Positions 58,847-64,000 of a stretch of DNA of 64,000 nt are shown one piece after another (the stretch's first letter is position 1; every line of letters starts with the position of its first letter). Below the pieces are notes generated by a model. It was not told where the DNA came from. It made no database searches and worked only from the letters and a program-made list of their open reading frames with translations. The position numbers and the translations under genes are program-made. The stretch is from Fibrobacteria bacterium (lineage in GTDB: Bacteria; Fibrobacterota; Fibrobacteria; UBA11236): positions 64,001 to 128,000 of the forward strand of contig JAYTHY010000074.1 in assembly GCA_043732185.1 (NCBI GenBank). Reading direction: 5' to 3'.

Positions 58847-60307
58847 TTAGCCTTTGCCTTTCTTGGTGTCGGCAGCCCCGACAGTCCCTGCTCCGGCAGC
58901 CTCTGCCCCGGCAGCCTCTGCCGCCGTTTCGAGCAACACCCGTTCGATAATAGGGAATGCTGCATCGATGTCGCTTGTTTCTGTGGATCCTACGGGAAGC
59001 AGAAACCGCGCCCGCGCTGGATTTTCACCCGCAATAAAACCGATCACACCTGCATCGAATAACTTTCGCAAATACAGCGCCACCAAATCCGATTTGCCTC
59101 CCAGCGGTGTGAAGGCCAGCATGCCCCCAAGGCCAAAGGGTCCTGCTGCAAGCTTGGGATGACGGCGCACCAAATCTTCCAGCTTATGGGTAAAATGCCG
59201 TGAGAGACGCATGATTTTTCCATCTGGTCCCAGAAAACCTTGCTCCAGCATGATACGCAGTATGGCCCGCGCGGCATGGATGGATACGGACGGCGCAGAA
59301 AAAGTTTGACTCACCAGTCCAGGCTTTGGTTTGAATTCCGCACGAAACAAGGTCGCACAGGCTTGGCTCAATTTTCCAAGTGTGACCGCGTCCACGAAAG
59401 CATCTAGACCGAAATGCTGGAAGGCAAAAAACTCGGAGGTCCGTCCGAAAGTTTGGATTTCATCCATAAGAATGGAAACACCGGACTTTTTAAGAATCTG
59501 CATTAGAGCGCGGAAAAAATCACTGTCACCGGGAAGATACCCCGCCCCCTCTCCTTGAATGAGTTCAAAAATCATGCAGGCATATTCATTGGGATGCTTC
59601 TGCAAGTGATTTTCCAGACAGGCCGCAGCCTCGTCCGTACTTTCCTTCGGTCGCAGCGGATCGAAAAAGGGCACATAATCCACGGCCAAGGATTCCGGCA
59701 GCCCCTGCCGGTAGGCGGGCTTATCCGTAATTTGGGATAAGGCCAAAGTCCGCCCCGCAAAACAATGCTGGAAAGCCAGCACTCGGTTGGCGGGAAAGCG
59801 TTTTTGGAACAGTATTTTGAGAGCGTTCTCATTGGCCATGGCGCCACTACTGGTCAAAAACCCATGTGCCAGTTGAGCACCTTTGCGATTGGCCGCCTGT
59901 AAAAGTTCAGTGAGCAGGGCTTCGCTAGTCGCGTTCTGTTGCAAGTTTCCTTGCATCACCGTGTTCTCTAAGGCCGCGTCCACGCCAACTTCCAATAAGG
60001 CCGGATGATTGTGCCCCATATAATGCACGCCGATACCGGTGATGAAATCATACTTAACACTACCATCCGCCAGTTCGACCAAAGGACCTCGTCCCAGTCC
60101 ACTTCCCAGATAAGGATAGTAGAGCGCGGATCCGCGCAGGCTCCCGAATCGTGCCAAGGTTTCTGCATACTCCTGGGTCAAATTAGGATCCGGAGGCCGG
60201 ACACCTGTCAAAGCAGCCTGATGCTCCACCATCGCTTCCCGCAGCAATCGTTTTGCTTCTTGCACTCTTGAATCACTTGCCAAAGCTTTGGCCGCCAATT
60301 GTCCCAT
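58847..60307 (-). CDS. Class III PLP aminotransferase (succinylornithine transaminase role by context)
   Basis: SGAMANENALK, ELIQGEG, DEIQTFGRT, TLGK; lies in the ast operon. Confidence 0.85.
   Translation of the reverse strand: MGQLAAKALASDSRVQEAKRLLREAMVEHQAALTGVRPPDPNLTQEYAETLARFGSLRGSALYYPYLGSGLGRGPLVELADGSVKYDFITGIGVHYMGHNHPALLEVGVDAALENTVMQGNLQQNATSEALLTELLQAANRKGAQLAHGFLTSSGAMANENALKILFQKRFPANRVLAFQHCFAGRTLALSQITDKPAYRQGLPESLAVDYVPFFDPLRPKESTDEAAACLENHLQKHPNEYACMIFELIQGEGAGYLPGDSDFFRALMQILKKSGVSILMDEIQTFGRTSEFFAFQHFGLDAFVDAVTLGKLSQACATLFRAEFKPKPGLVSQTFSAPSVSIHAARAILRIMLEQGFLGPDGKIMRLSRHFTHKLEDLVRRHPKLAAGPFGLGGMLAFTPLGGKSDLVALYLRKLFDAGVIGFIAGENPARARFLLPVGSTETSDIDAAFPIIERVLLETAAEAAGAEAAGAGTVGAADTKKGKG
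58893..58922. repeat. Perfect 15-bp tandem duplication in the aminotransferase C-terminal tail
   Basis: CCGGCAGCCTCTGCC x2, encoding AEAAG AEAAG on the minus strand. Confidence 0.85.
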
Positions 60308-60310
60308 GGT

Positions 60311-61606
60311 CTACGCTTCCTTTCCCGTCACATCAGACAGCCATATCCACTCACCCGAACCCAATTGCATCAGAAGTAGCGCAGCCAATTTCGATCTTTC
60401 CACCAAACTGCCCAGCACCAGAAATTCTTGTGGGCTGTGGATGTTACCGCCCACGGCCCCCAGGGTGTCCACATTCGGCAAACCTGCGGCCGCTAATTTA
60501 TTGCCATCAGAAACGCCACCACTAGACTCCCAATTCAGATCCATTCCCAATTGCAATCCGCATTCCCGTACCTTTTTCAGCAGGGCCAGATACTCTTGTC
60601 CAAGCGGTTTAGGCGGTGACGCAAACCCGCCGGTTATCTCCAAGCTAATGCCATCGCGAAGGTCGAACTCTTCCTTGAGTGCTACCAAAAATATTTCCAC
60701 CGACGTTTGATCCGCCGGATCCTGCACTCGAACATTGAATCGTCCAATCGCAAGATCGGGAACGCGATTGAGTGGGCCTCCCCCTTCCACCCTGCCGACA
60801 TTCACCAAGATCCCTGGATGTGATTTTCCGAATGCTTCCAGCTCCACAATCAGGTGGGCCAAGACATGGATGGCGTTCCGCCCCAGATGCGGATCTCGTC
60901 CGGCATGAGCGGCCTTGCCGTGAACGACGGCGGTGAAATTGCCCGATCCCTTGCGGGCCCCAACGAGATTGCCGTTGGGAAGACTAGGTTCGAACAGCAG
61001 TCCGAAATGATTGCGCCTCGCAGCCTCGATAAATAATGACGCAGACCCAGGGGAGCCGAGTTCTTCATCAGGGTTGATGAGAACTTCCCAGCCTACACCG
61101 GCTGAAAAAGGACTGGATTCGAATGTTTCCAGCGCCTTGAGGAGAATGACGAGACCCCCTTTGGCATCGGCGGCCCCGGATGCATGCATGATGCCATTCT
61201 CTATACGTATCTCAGGAGGTACTCTAGGCGCCGCTCCTTCGAGCTTTTCCCCCGCACCCGGCTTTACAGCCCCGCCCGACTTTTCTGCCCCCCCGTAGAC
61301 TACATCCATATGAATGCCGAGAAATACCTGCATTGGCGCATCGGGTCGTTTACGAAACCGCAGCGCTCTGCCTAGCGGTCGATTTCGGATCAGGCCTTCC
61401 GAGTCTACATCCAGTTGGGGGGGCAAATTCAGCTCTTCCAAGGTTGCACCCAGACTCAAAAACGCACCCTTGACCTTTTCCGCCATGGACGTGAGTCCAG
61501 CAAGATCATGACTGCCCGATGACACACGCACCCAATCCGCTACCATGTCGGCCATAGCGCCAGATTGGGCCGTTAATCTTTCTAGATATGCGGCATAACG
61601 TTGCAT
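60311..61606 (-). CDS. M20-family metallohydrolase (carboxypeptidase G2-like), first gene of the ast operon
   Basis: HMDVV, GAADAKGG, NPDEELGS, FEP, GKAAHAGR, GGVSDGN, GGNIHS. Confidence 0.9.
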   Translation of the reverse strand: MQRYAAYLERLTAQSGAMADMVADWVRVSSGSHDLAGLTSMAEKVKGAFLSLGATLEELNLPPQLDVDSEGLIRNRPLGRALRFRKRPDAPMQVFLGIHMDVVYGGAEKSGGAVKPGAGEKLEGAAPRVPPEIRIENGIMHASGAADAKGGLVILLKALETFESSPFSAGVGWEVLINPDEELGSPGSASLFIEAARRNHFGLLFEPSLPNGNLVGARKGSGNFTAVVHGKAAHAGRDPHLGRNAIHVLAHLIVELEAFGKSHPGILVNVGRVEGGGPLNRVPDLAIGRFNVRVQDPADQTSVEIFLVALKEEFDLRDGISLEITGGFASPPKPLGQEYLALLKKVRECGLQLGMDLNWESSGGVSDGNKLAAAGLPNVDTLGAVGGNIHSPQEFLVLGSLVERSKLAALLLMQLGSGEWIWLSDVTGKEA

Positions 61607-61620
61607 TGACTTTTTTCCGG

Positions 61621-61753
61621 AAAACCCGGCCTCACCCTGAAACTATAGTTCCAAAAATACCCAAGAAAGTCAAGAAATGGTCGGTTGGAGCAGGGTTATT
61701 AGTCCAAAAATGGGAAGGGCCCGGCAAAATGCCGAGCCTCCCGAAAGGGTTTT
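61621..61753 (+). ncRNA. Candidate Moco-RNA-motif (molybdenum cofactor riboswitch)-like leader
   Basis: AGGGC-CCGGC-AAAAT-GCCG-AGCCTCCCGAAAGG at 61716-61748 resembles the Moco motif 3' half. Possible closing stems AAAACCC/GGGTTTT and ACCCTG/CAGGGT. Lies upstream of moaC. Confidence 0.4.
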
Positions 61754-61897
61754 AGTTTTATTGGGCAGGTACCGCATGAATATACCCGCTCCAGCGCAGG
61801 TCCCTCACCTGCTCACAAAAGCCAGTTTAGAGGGTGGCGGAATGAATCGCCAAGAAAAATTTACTTTTGTTGTCGAGCAAATCATCCGTAAACAAGG

Positions 61898-62383
61898 TTG
61901 GTCCCCATTTTCACCCATCTCGACAAAGAAAACCAGCCTGCAATGGTGGATGTTGGAGGGAAAGCCCATACGAGACGCGAAGCCGTCGCCCAAGCTTTAG
62001 TCAAACTACCGGAAGAGATTTCCAGCCTATTCCGGGATGGAGACATTCACGCTAAAAAAGGCCCTGTTTTTCAAACTGCCATCATCGCCGGAATCATGGC
62101 TTGCAAAAAAACGTCCGAACTGATCCCGCTTTGCCATCCCCTACCTTTGGATGATTGCAAAATCCGCATCCACCTGAATGAGGATCAAGACGCAGTCATC
62201 ACATGCCGGGTTCTCTGCCATCACAAAACCGGGGTGGAAATGGAAGCGTTGACCGGCGCCAGCATCGCTGCACTAACCTTGTACGATATGTGCAAGGCCA
62301 TCTCCCACAAAATGATCATCGGCGATATCCGCCTGCTGGAAAAAACCGGTGGCAAATCCGATTTCCGAGATCCGGCGGACTGA
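61898..62383 (+). CDS. moaC: Cyclic pyranopterin monophosphate synthase
   Basis: FTHLD...MVDV..K, KKG.V, KKTSELIPLCHP, TGVEMEALT, YDMCKA, EKTGGKS. Confidence 0.97.
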   Translation: MVPIFTHLDKENQPAMVDVGGKAHTRREAVAQALVKLPEEISSLFRDGDIHAKKGPVFQTAIIAGIMACKKTSELIPLCHPLPLDDCKIRIHLNEDQDAVITCRVLCHHKTGVEMEALTGASIAALTLYDMCKAISHKMIIGDIRLLEKTGGKSDFRDPAD

Positions 62384-62387
62384 CCCA

Positions 62388-62972
62388 GTGGAATTGTTCG
62401 GTCTAGTCCTGGTCGGCGGCCGCAGCGCCCGCATGCGCGCGGACAAAGCATCGCTAATCTACCACGGCGTTCCCCAAGCCGAATACTGTTTAAAATTACT
62501 TGCCCCGCATTGCACGCAAGCTTTCCTTTCCTGTCGGCAAGATCAATCCGATCAAGTTGGCTTCCAAGGTTTTCCGCAAATCCACGACACCTTTTTAAAC
62601 ATGGGGCCGATGAGCGGCATTCTCTCTGCCCTGCGTGCCCATCCCGGACATGCGTTCTTGGTAGTGGCCTGCGACCTCCCTTTTCTCGACGCCCCAACGC
62701 TTAACGCCCTCGTTCTCGCCCGCAATCCAGACCAACTGGCTACCGCCTTCACAGGGTCGCAAAATGGACTGCCCGAGCCTCTCTGCGCCATCTATGAACC
62801 CGCAAGTTACCCTCGCATGTTGGATTTTTTGGGCAGAGGCATTACCTGCCCACGCAAAGTCCTTCTGAATTCCCCAGCCCATTTGCTCGCCCCACCGGAC
62901 ATCCGCGCTCTTATTAACGCCAATGATCCAGTCGCCTATCTGGACGCAAAGAACACCCTGACTTCGACTTAG
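62388..62972 (+). CDS. mobA: Molybdenum cofactor guanylyltransferase
   Basis: LVGGRSARMRADK, GPMSGILSA, VVACDLPF, PEPLCAIYE, NANDP. Confidence 0.9.
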   Translation: MELFGLVLVGGRSARMRADKASLIYHGVPQAEYCLKLLAPHCTQAFLSCRQDQSDQVGFQGFPQIHDTFLNMGPMSGILSALRAHPGHAFLVVACDLPFLDAPTLNALVLARNPDQLATAFTGSQNGLPEPLCAIYEPASYPRMLDFLGRGITCPRKVLLNSPAHLLAPPDIRALINANDPVAYLDAKNTLTST

Positions 62973-63023
62973 TTCCACAAACAGCATGATAGACTAGCAA
63001 ACTCTACTCCCAGCATTCCATAA

Positions 63024-63764
63024 TTGAGATCCATGCCCATCATTCTACTAGCCTGCATTGCTCTTCTTTCCCTATGCTTCTCCCCTCCCATTCAAGCTGG
63101 AGATCTTCTAGGAGAGGATTTCGAGGAAGCTGAAAACCACACCTACGCCGCTCTCCCCAAATTGCGGCTCTCAGCGGAATATGGTTTCAGCAAATGGCTC
63201 ATGAGTCCAGACTCGATCACAAGTAGCTACGAAAATTACCTGTCACGACTGGAAATTGGCACCACCTCCAATGCCGAACTCGCCTACTTCTTCTGGCCCA
63301 AAGGCGGTGTAGGAGTCAGCTGGATTTGGTTTCTATCGAGAGCCAAAGCCACTGACATACAGAAATGGCCGTCCAGTTCAGCAACCCACAACCTCGATGA
63401 AAGAGTTTCCGTAACCTATATCGGACCGGATTTTCTCACCAGGCATCAACTGAGCGACAAAGCCATGCTCATCGGTGGCCTGGGCGTAGGCTACTTATTC
63501 TTCCATGAATCCGGAGTCGACAATTCCAAAACGTTCAGTGTCACTGCCGAAAACTTCGCCATCCAAGCCCACGTCGGCGCCGACTATGCGCTTTTTCACA
63601 ACCTGGCTCTAGGCCTGGAAGGACGCTTCTTCTTTTCCAACATCCGAGAGTACAACTACAACGGTATCAAATACAAAATCAAGGATCCAAACAACCAATT
63701 TATCTGGTACAACGTCCCCTTATACCGCCTAGAACTAAGCGCGGGACTTCACTTGCTGCTCTAG
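63024..63764 (+). CDS. Probable outer-membrane beta-barrel protein
   Basis: Signal peptide, amphipathic beta-strands, C-terminal LELSAGLHLLL. Confidence 0.65.
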   Translation: MRSMPIILLACIALLSLCFSPPIQAGDLLGEDFEEAENHTYAALPKLRLSAEYGFSKWLMSPDSITSSYENYLSRLEIGTTSNAELAYFFWPKGGVGVSWIWFLSRAKATDIQKWPSSSATHNLDERVSVTYIGPDFLTRHQLSDKAMLIGGLGVGYLFFHESGVDNSKTFSVTAENFAIQAHVGADYALFHNLALGLEGRFFFSNIREYNYNGIKYKIKDPNNQFIWYNVPLYRLELSAGLHLLL

Positions 63765-63846
63765 ACCACTCATTGACTCCCTGGTCAGCAACTCTGATCA
63801 TCGGGCCATTTTAGTATTTTTTCCCGCTACATGGAAAAGAGTACCT

Positions 63847-64000
63847 ATGAAAAATTTTATCCTGTCCTTTTTAATCTTTGCCTTAAACCTTGTGGCTTCC
63901 GAGAACGCCAAATTTTCAATCGGTCCGACATTCTCAGGCGGGGAAATCCGCAAACAATATGGCAATGATGTGGAAGGGTTAACGAGGATTTATGAATACG
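63847..64000 (+). CDS. Secreted protein, 5' part only (runs off the window edge)
   Basis: MKNFILSFLIFALNLVASENAKF..., open to the end of the window. Confidence 0.6.
   Translation, partial: MKNFILSFLIFALNLVASENAKFSIGPTFSGGEIRKQYGNDVEGLTRIYEY

Noticed and set aside
57757..58965. Long N-terminal extensions given by the ORF track for AstA (also AstB, SlyD, the response regulator and the methyltransferase)
   Set aside because: They overlap neighbouring genes or intergenic DNA; downstream starts match family N-termini and, in several cases, RBS positions.
61607..61760. Sigma-54 promoter for the ast operon, as in enterobacteria
   Set aside because: No TGGC-N9-GC element with correct spacing found on the minus strand.
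214..63000. Numerous 60-190 aa antisense or alternative-frame ORFs in the track
   Set aside because: They lie within well-supported genes and show no recognisable motifs; treated as shadow ORFs.
1..64000. CRISPR array, rRNA, tRNA, IS/transposase, integrase or prophage
   Set aside because: No regularly spaced repeats, no RNA-gene signatures and no mobile-element proteins recognised by eye. A tRNAscan/Infernal run would be needed to fully exclude small RNAs.

Overview
Gene-dense chromosomal window from a bacterium of roughly balanced GC content. It is probably FCB-group, most likely Fibrobacterota-like; this is an inference from many secreted enzymes with T9SS-like 'D-x-x-G-[RK]' C-terminal tails, alongside a PEP-CTERM protein and a PPi-type PEPCK. 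Housekeeping and metabolic genes include ogt, yaeQ, purB, PPi-PEPCK, rarD, miaE, a PIF1-like helicase, slyD, a cfa-like gene and moaC/mobA. About a dozen secreted or surface proteins are present (VIT protein, beta-helices, GH10, PQQ sugar dehydrogenase, S10 peptidase, SGNH hydrolase, GEVED protein, M23 peptidase). There is also a CpxP-R-A-like module, a tandem pair of hybrid kinases, and an arginine succinyltransferase operon with an M20 hydrolase where astE would be expected. Most notable observations: (1) a translationally coupled three-gene module with a membrane-anchored heptaheme cytochrome between two output-less HAMP-like membrane proteins; (2) a stand-alone Cys-rich domain normally fused to long RluA enzymes; (3) a single in-frame amber codon in an otherwise intact dipeptide epimerase; (4) a receiver domain lacking its phospho-Asp through a 26-aa deletion; (5) a sigma-54/enhancer promoter on the PEP-CTERM gene; (6) a Moco-riboswitch-like element before moaC; (7) recurrent in-frame micro-duplications. 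I saw no rRNA, tRNA, CRISPR array, transposase or prophage. All calls come from motif recognition by eye; no database searches were run. Several start codons were moved from the ORF track using RBS positions.
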